From Antedon mediterranea (taxonomy: Eukaryota > Animalia > Echinodermata), in the NCBI RefSeq assembly GCF_964355755.1, contig NC_092670.1, forward strand, positions 26,150,795-26,214,794: 64,000 nt of DNA. Reading direction: 5' to 3'. Shown here piece after piece: positions 40,401 through 50,177 of the stretch. Numbering within the stretch: position 1 is the first letter of the stretch; each line of letters starts with the position of its first letter. The notes beneath the pieces were generated by a model. That model did no database searches, was not told the DNA's origin, and saw nothing but the letters and a program-made list of their open reading frames with translations. A program made the position numbers and the translations under genes.

Positions 40401-43400
40401 TAAGAAGAGAGCATTAGAAGATGCGGACAAAGATAAAAAGGTAAAACATATTTCTTTTCTTTCCTGTTGTAGGTATTCCTAGATTATTTTCTTTATTGTT
40501 TTCAACTTCATGGTCACAAATAAATAAAAACAAATTTATCTCTATTCCATTCAGATACATAAAACTAATTTTGATTTTACATCTGTCATTTAGTAAAATC
40601 ATTTTTTTTCATAATGGCCCAATGTTTTGCTTCGAAGGTTGAGTTTAATGGTGCCACCACAATTGAAACATTGTGCAATAATAATAATTTAATAATAATA
40701 AACTAAACTAAATTCTTGTTTTATAACAAAATTAAATATTAATTTATAAGGAAGTTATGGTGTACATAAAATGTTCCTTTTTTTTTACAAAAAGGCTGTT
40801 TTTGGCATTATTCATTTAGTTACAACATTACCAAAAAAAGGAAAAAAAGAATGAAAATGAACAACAGGTTCAAGCCTTGTCTTTTAAGGGGTGTGGGAGC
40901 GCGACTTATTTAACATATTCCTAAACTGCCCTTCAATGTGATTAAATTTAAGCACACTTGGTAAACTTCAGACAAAGATAAAAACATCACACCTACCTGT
41001 ACAGCACACCTACTACCTGTACAGCACACCTACTACCTGTACAGCACACCTACTACCTGTACAGCACACCTACTACCTGTACAGCACACCTACTACCTGT
41101 ACAGCACACCTACTACCTGTACAGCACACCTACTACCTGTACAGCACACCTACTACCTGTACAGCACACCTCCTACCTGTACAGCACACCTACTACCTGT
41201 ACAGCACACCTACTACCTGTACAGCACACCTACTACCTGTACAGCACACCTACTACCTGTACAGCACACCTACTACCTGTACAGCACACCTACTACCTGT
41301 ACAGCACACCTACTACCTGTACAGCACACCTCCTACCTGTACAGCACACCTCCTACCTGTACAGCACACCTCCTACCTGTACAGCACACCTCCTACCTGT
41401 ACAGCACACCTACTACCTGTACAGCACCCCCTGAATGTATTGAAGAAGTGCAATTTGTAGTATACCTACGCTTTTTAAGACATCCAAGCCATACAAATAA
41501 TTACAAAAATAAGGTGACCAATTTCCTAAGTGTTGAAGCCATACAAATAATAATTTGTTTGAATGTTTAGCGAACTGACCTGTATCTTTTTAACCAATTT
41601 GTAATTATTGTTGAATTTAAAAATATTTATGTGACTAGACTAGATAACATTGTAAACTGTATATCTTAATTTATTTTTTTGTTTGACATTGAAAAGAGAG
41701 AGATTGATACAGAAACCTCCAGGAAGGTAATAATTAAAATAACTTGCATAAAATATTTGCTTTTTATTTATTTTCTTAACATTTATAGTAGAACCCCTTA
41801 GGTAAATTCCTCATGATGTGGTTGTACCTGTAAGAAAATCAGACATATAAAGGTTTAAAGCCCTAAAATAAATGTACAAAACACAATAACTGCCATCTAA
41901 TACAAAATAATAAGTCACCTAATACTGAAAACATTCTCCTCTGGTTTTGATTAGTATTGATATATTAGTTCATCAATTATTGTAAACCAGTAAAATAACT
42001 TATTTGACTGTCAAGACAGTTTAATTTTCTTAAATGTTTAATTTACAAAACTGAGATTTGTAACTAAGAGGTTCTACTGTATTTTTATTTTATACACTTT
42101 ATGAATTCTTTAAAATAATATGTGATGTTGCTCTTACATCAAACATTTTTGTATATTTTGTTTAATCTGAACATTCTAGCTAGCCACTTTTCTGTATGTA
42201 CTGTACCAGCAATCATACTACTTTTGAGAGAGATTTTGGAAAAAGTAGGAAAAATGGCAAAATCAGCACTGTAGTCATGTTACAAGAGTTGTCAAAACAA
42301 AATAGATTATCTGATAAAAATCCTAGAAAGTAGGAAACCTTTTGGCATTTATTTATTTATTTATTTATTACCATATTTACGGAGGGTAGCCTATCCAGTT
42401 CCTAATAGAACTGATCATTTAGGGCCCTCGATAAAACAAACATACAGTACAACATATAAAATATTAAATATTCAAATGACATAAAATATATTAAAGGCTT
42501 AAAAATTTACAATGATTATATAAAATTCATATAAAAGTTAAAATCGTTGACAGATAAAAAAAAAATATATATATATATACACATAGTACGAACAATATTA
42601 ACTGGAAATAAATTGTTTAAGTTCACGTTTAAAGGAAATAACATTTTCAGATTGTCGAATGATTTTAGGAATCATATTAAAATACATAGGCGCTTTATAA
42701 CTGAAACATTGTTTAAAAATCTCTAAAGAAGGTCGAGGAATAATATAATTACAATTAGAGATGGATCTGGTAGTAGGTCGACCTCCAGGCTGAGTCCTGG
42801 TTAACATGCGACTGATGTAATTCGGAACGGTATTGATGGAAGCCCGATAGGCGAGACAACCAAGTTAAAACTGATAACGTTGAGAAACGGATGAGATATA
42901 AATGGCATATGTTTTGCCTGATTGGAGATGCTTTAACAAACACAGTGTTGAAATGAAATGTTGATTGTTCATTAGTACAGCATAGTGTGGAAATATATGC
43001 ATTGTAGCTTTTGGTTGGTTTTCTGATTTTCTTTTTAAATTTTAATAATTTAACATGGTTGAGGTACACTTGCATAACAGACAAATAATACTTTTTGAAA
43101 CATGTCTTACTGTCAACAATATTTCCCAGTCATTTAAGGGTATGTTCAGATCTATGGAGTTGTGCTTTCATATTCTTTTTATGATTTGTGATGGGTTTTA
43201 GAAAATGTTCTTTAATTACCGGTATTAATTTCATAATTCTTGTCTTAATTGTATTGTCTCTGACATTTTTAGTACATTAGTTTGTGTTTTTTTTTTTTTT
43301 TTATAGTTTTAATTTCATATCCTCTTTTCATTTAATATGCTTTATATCCAAATTAAAAAAAAATAAATAAACATTTATCATTATTAATTGTTATCACAGG

Positions 43401-45428
43401 CATTACATTATGACGTACACAAAATTATAAAAAACATAGAAATGTTTTCGTTTTACTTTTGTGAAGGAAAATGTAATAAGATTATTACATATCATTTTAA
43501 TCATTTTTAAATACTGTTTAGATATTAAGATATATTATATTGAGATACTCCGAAGTTTCTCGATGTTTTGAATGGTCATAAACTCTGGAGTGTCTCCGGA
43601 GATCACTACAGAGTTTTGGTGTGAAAGGGGTATAAGGGAATTCTATTATTACAAAATCTTAATCCATTGCACTTTTAAAAAATTGTTGTTCCCTTCCTCA
43701 TCAAATTTGGAGCTGAATGATGAAATCTTTCAATGATTGTGGTTTTCATGTTGGTAAATCTAAAACTAATAGTTAAGTCCCACTTTAAAAAAAAAACAAT
43801 GTTAAGCCCAGATGTGAAACTAACTTTTTTAATTGGCCTAAAGATAAATCATTTTCTGTATCTGTTTGCAGATTTGGAAGTACTATGGAAGTTGTTGATT
43901 ATTAAGTATTGTTTAAATATTGATGGTTTATTGTTACTATTGTAGATTTCTGAATTGTATGACATGGTAGAAAAATGGAATAGTGTAGCAGATACTTTAC
44001 CAAAGGTGGTTGAAAGATTACAAGCATTGAAAGTTCTTCATGAACAAGGTATTTAAAAACTCAATAGAGAACTTGTTTACCAATCCTTAGGTTCTAGTTC
44101 AAATTCAGGCTTTTGTAACATTCTAAAACGGCTGCCTAAAGTCATACAAGACTTGCCATTGACACCTCATTCATTCAATGGTATTACCACAAAAAAGTTC
44201 TATCATTAAGTATGCTAGATCACATGGTCAGCATGGTATGCCTGTATCATTCAGAAACCATGGGGAACTTCTAATGTGGAAATAAGTTTGTGAACTAGTC
44301 AATGTGTTTCATACATTCCTGATGCGTTTGCACACATGATTTGTGCATTAGATGAGTTTGTTTCCCATTCCCATACAATTGGTATGTACATACAAAAGTA
44401 GGTTATATTAAAAAAAACGCACAAAACTATTGGATTGGTTCAATACTAATAGTACAATTTAATTGTATGAATGCACAATAAAACCCAGACTGAGTAATTA
44501 TTTGCATAGATTTTGTTTAAAAAAATAAAGTTCTCTGGCCTGGAAAATTTGGTACGCTAATAAAACTTTATTTTGTGTTTGTATTTGATTAGCATTGCAA
44601 TTTAGTCAAGCAATGACTCATCTAGATGTAACCCAGCAGCGCATTTCAACAAGTCTACACAGTCAAGAAACATTACTCAAAGAAGTAAGATTTTATTTTC
44701 TAAATACAATAGAACACCTATTATGGTATATATATTTTCTCTTAATAGAGTTGTCCCTATTCTGTAGACACTAATCTGAAAAAATTATCCCATTAATAAG
44801 AGGGTTTTTCATGAAAAATATGTCAAAGTGAACAATAATTGAACAATAAACAATGTTTATTGTATTAAGAATAAGACATTCTTTAATAGACTCGTTATCT
44901 GCCACTGATTGGTCACATTCTGCATCAAGTTGCTTTATGAAATGCAATTACAGTACATAGTCGAGGGGAAAATGAATGCCAATCCCATGATCAATCAATA
45001 TATTGGTATTTGACAAAGCTGAAGGAAGTATCTTAATTAATGAAAACATATTTTATAATTAATAAAATAACCATCTGAATAGTATAATAATATAATGAGT
45101 GTTGGCTGTATATTGGACTCGCTGAAAAATGTACTATTGAACGAAATAGTGCATACTATTGCATGCCATGTGACCCACAATCGTCAAATCAAATGACAGG
45201 AATTTATTTAGGTGATATATATTGTCTCCGACATGGATCCTTTAAAGGATGTTATTGAAAAGTGTCAATTTTTTTAGTCCAATGAAATCTTATGGGTTAT
45301 AAGAATTAGCTACTGTATTACTATTTTTATTGTCATTTCAGCTTCAAAACTCATTTACATCAAATATGGCTGCCATACAAAGCAATTGTAAGAGTATTGA
45401 TGAACGTGTTAAGAAGTTCAAGAAATAA
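16418..45428 (+). CDS. DCTN2: Dynactin subunit 2 (p50/dynamitin). Coding exons 16418-16453, 25956-26021, 27690-27786, 28356-28423, 28587-28843, 29400-29550, 32410-32475, 37058-37096, 40291-40440, 43946-44048, 44593-44684, 45342-45428 (1212 nt, 403 aa)
   Basis: The spliced translation follows dynamitin throughout: MADPKYEKLPGI, QPDVYETTDLPEDDQ, DFSDRI, ETPLQKYQRLQHE, VTYELYYKAEQ, VDARLQSLL, ELYDMVEKW, LKVLHEQALQF, SIDERVKKFKK*. All introns are GT-AG with matching phases. Confidence 0.95.
17044..17538. mobile_element. MITE with TAGGGAGGTTTC TIRs
   Basis: TAGGGAGGTTTC ... GAAACCTCCCTA. A truncated collinear copy lies at ~52999-53330. Confidence 0.75.
18653..19987. mobile_element. Long-TIR non-autonomous DNA element (Merlin-like: GG termini, 8-bp TSD), nested in the Kolobok-like element
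   Basis: ~240-bp inverted arms (18653-18890 / 19740-19987); TSD CAATTTTG at 18645-18652 and 19988-19995. A solo end lies at ~52590-52657. Confidence 0.8.
19485..19680 (-). mobile_element. LINE 3'-end fragment
   Basis: GAGGGTGGTCCATCCAG...CTGATCATTAGGGACCCT stem-loop matches the 3' end of the LINE fragment at 42345-42870. Confidence 0.55.
20746..22347. mobile_element. hAT-type non-autonomous element with internal ~200-bp degenerate repeats
   Basis: TIR CAGCGTTGCCA / TGGCAACTATG; perfect 8-bp TSD ATAGCCAG at 20738-20745 and 22348-22355; subterminal AATGCCAG repeats. Confidence 0.85.
23360..24929 (+). mobile_element. Helentron-associated non-autonomous element (HINE/DINE-1-like)
   Basis: 5' TAGGTGATCATTT with its inverted copy nearby; 3' AAATGATCACCTA followed by the hairpin AATTCGTCA-AAG-TGACGAATT and CTAGTT; no TSD. 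A second 3' end lies at ~820-865. Confidence 0.75.
24960..25490 (-). mobile_element. LINE apurinic-endonuclease domain fragment
   Basis: EMLWIKMRPKYLPR, CAVYSPP and ILIAGDMN, then TLDKIITN and SDH motifs after a frameshift. Confidence 0.85.
30731..31966. mobile_element. Non-autonomous TIR element with 6-bp TSD (hAT-like CAG termini)
   Basis: TIR CAGACCTTGATTTA / TAAATCAAGGTCTG; TSD CTACAG at 30725-30730 and 31967-31972. An empty-site paralogue lies at ~32245-32260. Confidence 0.8.
32987..34440 (-). mobile_element. LINE ORF2 reverse transcriptase plus C-terminus (CR1/L2 group), uninterrupted frame, no endonuclease domain
   Basis: [84 protein letters not shown]. A 3'UTR stem-loop lies at 32665-32705; the element 3' end is near 32570. 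Confidence 0.95.
34420..35013 (-). mobile_element. LINE ORF1 (L1-ORF1p/Transposase_22-like coiled-coil + RRM + CTD), 5'-truncated
   Basis: KIDNLEGRQRRNNLRFTGIPE, IQQAHRVG, PRPLVAYF, IYVNDDFT..V..RRK.L. Confidence 0.88.
35678..35785 (+). mobile_element. Penelope-like GIY-YIG endonuclease C-terminal remnant
   Basis: FKVLSK*KS.DC.LV.KMLWIKELKPSLNKH resembles the 'E.L.IK.LKPSLN' tail of PLE proteins. Confidence 0.55.
35827..36660 (+). mobile_element. Hairpin-ended element, older copy with an internal deletion
   Basis: Collinear with 38706-39686; starts TAGACTTGCCCGAAGTCT; right end degraded, no TSD visible. Confidence 0.8.
37820..38631. mobile_element. Tc1/mariner-pogo-type non-autonomous element (TA TSD)
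   Basis: TA|CCGTATATTTCGGTGTATAAGTCGCAC ... GTGCGACTTATACACCGAAATATACGG|TA. An inverted copy lies at 60489-62584. Confidence 0.9.
38706..39686 (+). mobile_element. Hairpin-ended non-autonomous DNA element, TAG...CTA termini, 9-bp TSD (AcademH-like)
   Basis: TSD GTCAATTCT at 38697-38705 and 39687-39695; terminal hairpins AGACTTG-CCC-CAAGTCT and GTCTGG-AAC-CCAGAC. Confidence 0.85.
40988..41428. repeat. Minisatellite, 20-bp unit ACAGCACACCT(A/C)CTACCTGT, ~22 copies
   Basis: Directly visible, near-perfect tandem array in DCTN2 intron 9. Confidence 0.97.
42345..42870 (-). mobile_element. LINE 3' fragment with (TAAA)n tail
   Basis: TRS....YIIPRPSLEIFKQCFSYKAPMYFNMIPKIIRQSENVISFKRELK*; 3'UTR stem-loop; (TTTA)n at 42348-42368 on the plus strand. 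Confidence 0.85.
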
Positions 45429-45506
45429 ATACAATCCAAATAAGATGCTGGTTGTTCATACCCTAATTTACAAATTATATGTATTTATTATATTGTATTA
45501 ATATAC

Positions 45507-45660
45507 TTGCACTGATAAAGGGATAGTGTTGCCCGAAAGCTCTGCTAACTTTTCTGGCTGTTTTACTTTATCGTTTTGATTTAGCTTTTCTCTTTTATTT
45601 TTTATCTCCATTGAGATCCAGCCACCGATACCCACAGCATTGTCATTTGTTCAGTAATTT
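45507..45660 (+). other. Minimal type-I hammerhead-like motif (G8A variant) with probable Penelope-like terminal sequence, just 3' of the DCTN2 stop
   Basis: GCA-CTGATAA-A-GGG-ATAGTGTTG-CCC-GAAA-GC-TC-TGC: stems I and II pair, and the core differs from CUGANGA at one position. Confidence 0.5.
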
Positions 45661-47776
45661 GCCTTTGGATTTATATTGTATTAAATATATTACTGGGGTT
45701 GATTTTAGCATAATATACTGCAATACAGTTATATACGTGCTGTATTTAATTTTTAAGCATCACTTCAAACAGTCAATTTACATGTTGCTGACCATGTGCA
45801 GATTGATTTTCTATTACTCTGTTAAATAAATGTGTTAATCTGTGACCCTACTGTCCTGAATTGCACAAAGGTGTAGACGACATATATATAGTATAATCAA
45901 TGAATTACCATTCTGTGTACAAATTTTAATTACTTTCAACAAACCAAGTCAACTAAAAAAATTGGTTGGCCTGGTTAGCTGCAATATTTGATTGGTCAAG
46001 GACAACTGGTTGATATTACAGAACCACAGAAATTTCTCACAATTATGGACGTACAGAAATGCAAATAATTAATAGGGACACACAAATAAAAGCGTGTGAT
46101 AGCTATTCTTAATGAGCAAAGCGACTATACAATCTGGAAAATATTGTGTACAGGCTCAAAATCATGTGTGCATGACTAAAAACTATTACATAATCTATTA
46201 GTACGAGAAGTGATGGATCGGAGCTCCCAAGAACTTAAAAAAAACATGTGCATGAGATGGGTTAAGTTTATAATATGTCTTATCAAAAAGGGATTGAATA
46301 GAGTTTTGCATAACAATATTTGTGTGTGTAGTTGTTGAGCCTTTTTGAATACCCTTAGTAATATGGTTGTCATTTGCGATCACAGAAACTTAACTTACAA
46401 TCTCCAACTTCATGGTTTTTCATAACCAACAGGACTTTATTTGTCCTAGTTAAGGCCAATCACCTGTCACCTGATTGTCTACATCATACACAATAATGTT
46501 ATATTCAAATAATCTTATCTAGATTCTGTGTAGATAGAGAAAATTTAATTGTAATTAAAACTAGGCCAAAATAAAGTATTGTTACTATTCGATCTTCGTT
46601 GTTTGGTGTTGCTGGTTGCTATACTGTAGGTTTTATAGACATTCAATAATTTGTAGTATGTACTGTACCTTCTTCTCTGTTAATGTTATGAAGGTAGCTC
46701 TAATTTGGCTAAAAAACTATTTAGATCTGTATTCACCATCATTGATGAATACTGTGATCCTTGTGTGTACAATATTACAAATGACAGTCTATATGCAATA
46801 GTATTATAGTAATATGGCTATCCTTTGATAGATGTATAAATGGAATAAAGATATTAGCATGCTTAAATCATTGAGCTAGATTATTTATTGTTATGAATCG
46901 GACACAGATGATTATTATTAACACGCAAACTTTCAACCAGAGATTGCCATCATCATTTTGGGAGGTTGTGCATTCTCCTGGTCTAATAGTAATCGACTAT
47001 GCTCTCGCATACGCAAACCATTGTTATTATGCTCTCCTGGCTTAAGTGGAGCGTATTGGTAGCAACTTATTTTTTATCATGTGACCCACAATCATCCAAT
47101 CAAATGACAGGAATCTATTTTAGTGTTATATAAAACGTCTCATGAGGAGGGCCTCAAACACATATAAATTAAAAAAAAGGTTAACATGGGCTCGTTGCCG
47201 TCGCAAAATAACAAATACCCTTTTCACATCTGCCAAATGTAACAACTTGTAATCTCACTATCATCAACCCTATATACTCTAGTAGCTAGATCAACTTTCG
47301 TATGCACTTTGAGGTCCAGAGAATTTGACTTCAGAAATTGGTTTAGGGTGGTCATTTTTGGCTTGGTTACACATTTTGAAACTGTGGCGAAAGGTCAACC
47401 ATTGGTCACAGCGAGGTAATTTTGGCCTTAAATTGATCAGAAGGTATACATTTATATTCAGTCTAATGGGACATTTTAGTCAAAAATGACCGGAAATGCC
47501 ATTTCTGACCTTTGCCCCACACCCCAGGGCATTAGACTTGCCCCAAGTCTGTATTATCTTTTTTTTTTATTTATTTGTTTTTATTTCGACCGCGATTTTT
47601 GTCTGAAAATACAGACTTGTGAAACACGTATAGAAATCGATTTGCAGACCGCAAACATCCGATAAGAATGACGTAGGTTATCATACCGTATTTGGCTATA
47701 TGGGGCGGGCGGTATGTAAATATGGATTTCGAATCAGCCAATGATCATTTTGTTTCAAAATGAAAAAGATCGAGAC

Positions 47777-50177
47777 GGTGACTACTTCTTCGCATGCAGC
47801 TAAAGTAAAATGACGTCACGTTAAAGCCTGTCGTCAAATAAGCGCGGAGCGGCGCTATACAATCTTTGATTTTACAAAATGTTTTCAGTGATAAATGATG
47901 GTGCGATCGGTGGTGGTACGGAAAATAAAATTATTCCGATATTGTTCCTGATAACAAAGAAGCAGATTAAATATAGTTGTTTATTTGACCCATTTGGCTT
48001 AGATGCCTATGCCTAGAAAGATTTTCTATGATACTATCTACTCACTAGCGGCCTAAAATACAGTATATTTGAGTAGTAGTTTATTAGTACACTACACACT
48101 ATCAGGCCATATCCTCCTTCATCGTTACCGCGTGGCATAGTGTACATCTGCACGATGCCACGGCTAACTACACTTCACTTCCCACCCACCAGTGGTGGCG
48201 CCAGCCGGGGGGGGGGGGCCAGGGCCCCCCCGTCGGGGAAAGCTGGCCCCCCCCGTCGGGGAGTATTGGCCATATTTGTCGGGGAGAAAAATATGATCAT
48301 TTCTTTTCTGGTAAAAAATAAAACAATATTAAGTGTACTACTATATATTTTAAGTAACTGCGGCATTCCATTTTTGACGTACGTACGATATACTGACAGC
48401 GAAGTAAACAGTATATGTGGTACGCATTTGTCTGGCGGTGTCTGTTTGTACGAATCTTTCACTCACTGCGGTATACGCGTCGACATATCTGGGCTGTATC
48501 ATATTACATCCAGGGACCAAAATATGTATTTTTCAGATTCCAGGCGAAAATCGAAAATTCATTTGCAACTACGCATCGACGTACGTTCATACAGGGATAA
48601 AGGTACGAGTTATGTTCTCACGGTTGAGTTTACGAATTGTTTCAATTTACCAATAACCCTTGCGTATATATGTTCGCTGTCGATTAAAGGGGTTTGGGTG
48701 GGGGTTCGATTGGGAAAAGGAAGCGGTTGGCCCGAACCATAAAACAGGGTCTGGTCACGTTTCTTTTCGCGCATAAATCTCGATCTAGGGTAGGTGGGTG
48801 AATAGGGTGGCTTACTTCTAAAGGGAAAAAAAAGATGCAACAAACCCGTGACCGTCGCTAGACGCGGATTCGGCGCACTTGACTCTTTTAATTAAGAAGA
48901 GTAGGCTAGAGCTATAGTTGTGTAAATAGGCCTACATAGTGAAAGAACTATTTATGAATTCAAGAGTTTAAAAAGAAAACGCAATTTAAAATCTTCGGAA
49001 AATACCCACAACTGAGTTATTTTCAAAACACATGCACTCCCACTACCAGCATCACGTTGTCTTAGATCGCTCTTCGTGTGAATGCTGACGTCATCACTCT
49101 CCAAAAATACACCATTTTCCGCCCTGGTCCGTGTGCAAGCGTTAGCGTGGACCTGTATATTTACACCCCTGTACAGAGTAGAGTGTAATATCGTGAACTT
49201 TTTTCTCGCGTATGAAGGTTTTTTATATAATGGTATGCAGTATAAACGATAAAAAAAACGATAAACATGATGTTCTTTTATTATTATTTCATAGGCATAA
49301 CATAAACATGAAATGTCTTGTTCTATGTACACGGCCGAAAAAACGGCATTTTATTGATTTGTGTTATAGACACGGCGATTACGGCAATCATCATTGTATA
49401 CAGACCACCAAAGCACAGTCGTACACTAAACACATGCACTATCGAGGCATTTTTGGATCAAAGTTTATTATTAGTTCGTCGAAAAAGATCCGTATTAATT
49501 AGAGTATTTAGGAAAGATTTATTTAAATTTACATTATTATGTGACATTGTTATTAAATGTAAATGGAAACAGTTGCTCTAGCCCATTAAACAGTGTGTAA
49601 GCATCTATTTTTTCAAAATTTTCTGAGGCTCTCGGGAGGGGGAATACCCCTCCCAAACCCACCCCCGCTTTCGCGCGTACGGCCCCCCGTGGGGGAATTC
49701 GGCCCCCCTGTCGGGGAATTCGGCCCCCCCCGTCGGGGAAATCCTGGCGCCACCACTGCCACCCACCCTAGCAGCTAGGTATGCACTGCGCTGCCACTAG
49801 GCCTAGGGCCTAGCCTATTTCGGATCTCATGTCTTGCAACATCTGAAAATACATAATGTACTAATGATACTGTACATTATTGTTATTTTTTATTCGCACT
49901 GGAAGGAAGTATCTAGGCTTTCCTGTTATGTTAAAATTAAATATATTATTTATTATCCTCAGCAGTGAAAAAAATTATATTTTGTTGTATATGCCGTGAT
50001 TTTAATTGTTAAAAACATGATCGTCAGTCGATGGCTCAGGAGTTTCGATAAATCTCGCGTCGCGCGTGGTGGAAAACACGCTCAGCAAGTTTGCTTCATA
50101 TGATGCATGATACTCTGTGACGACCCACTTTAACGTGACGTCATTTTACTTTAGCTGCATGCGAAGAAGTAGTCACC
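47777..50177. mobile_element. MULE-like non-autonomous element, perfect 50-bp TIR, 9-bp TSD
   Basis: GGTGACTACTTCTTCGCATGCAGCTAAAGTAAAATGACGTCACGTTAAAG inverted at both ends; TSD GATCGAGAC at 47768-47776 and 50178-50186. Confidence 0.88.
48190..49758. mobile_element. hAT-type non-autonomous element
   Basis: TIR CAGTGGTGGCGCCAG; 8-bp TSD CCACCCAC at 48182-48189 and 49759-49766; subterminal CCCCCCGTCGGGGAA repeats. The interior is partly shared with ~9610-9950. Confidence 0.9.

Noticed and set aside
40988-41428. Regular repeat array as CRISPR
   Set aside because: Units are head-to-tail with no unique spacers, there are no cas genes, and it sits in a eukaryotic intron. It is a minisatellite.
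48140-48742. 200-aa ORF as a gene or transposase
   Set aside because: It crosses the TSD/TIR of a non-autonomous hAT, runs through GC-rich subterminal repeats, and has no recognisable domain.
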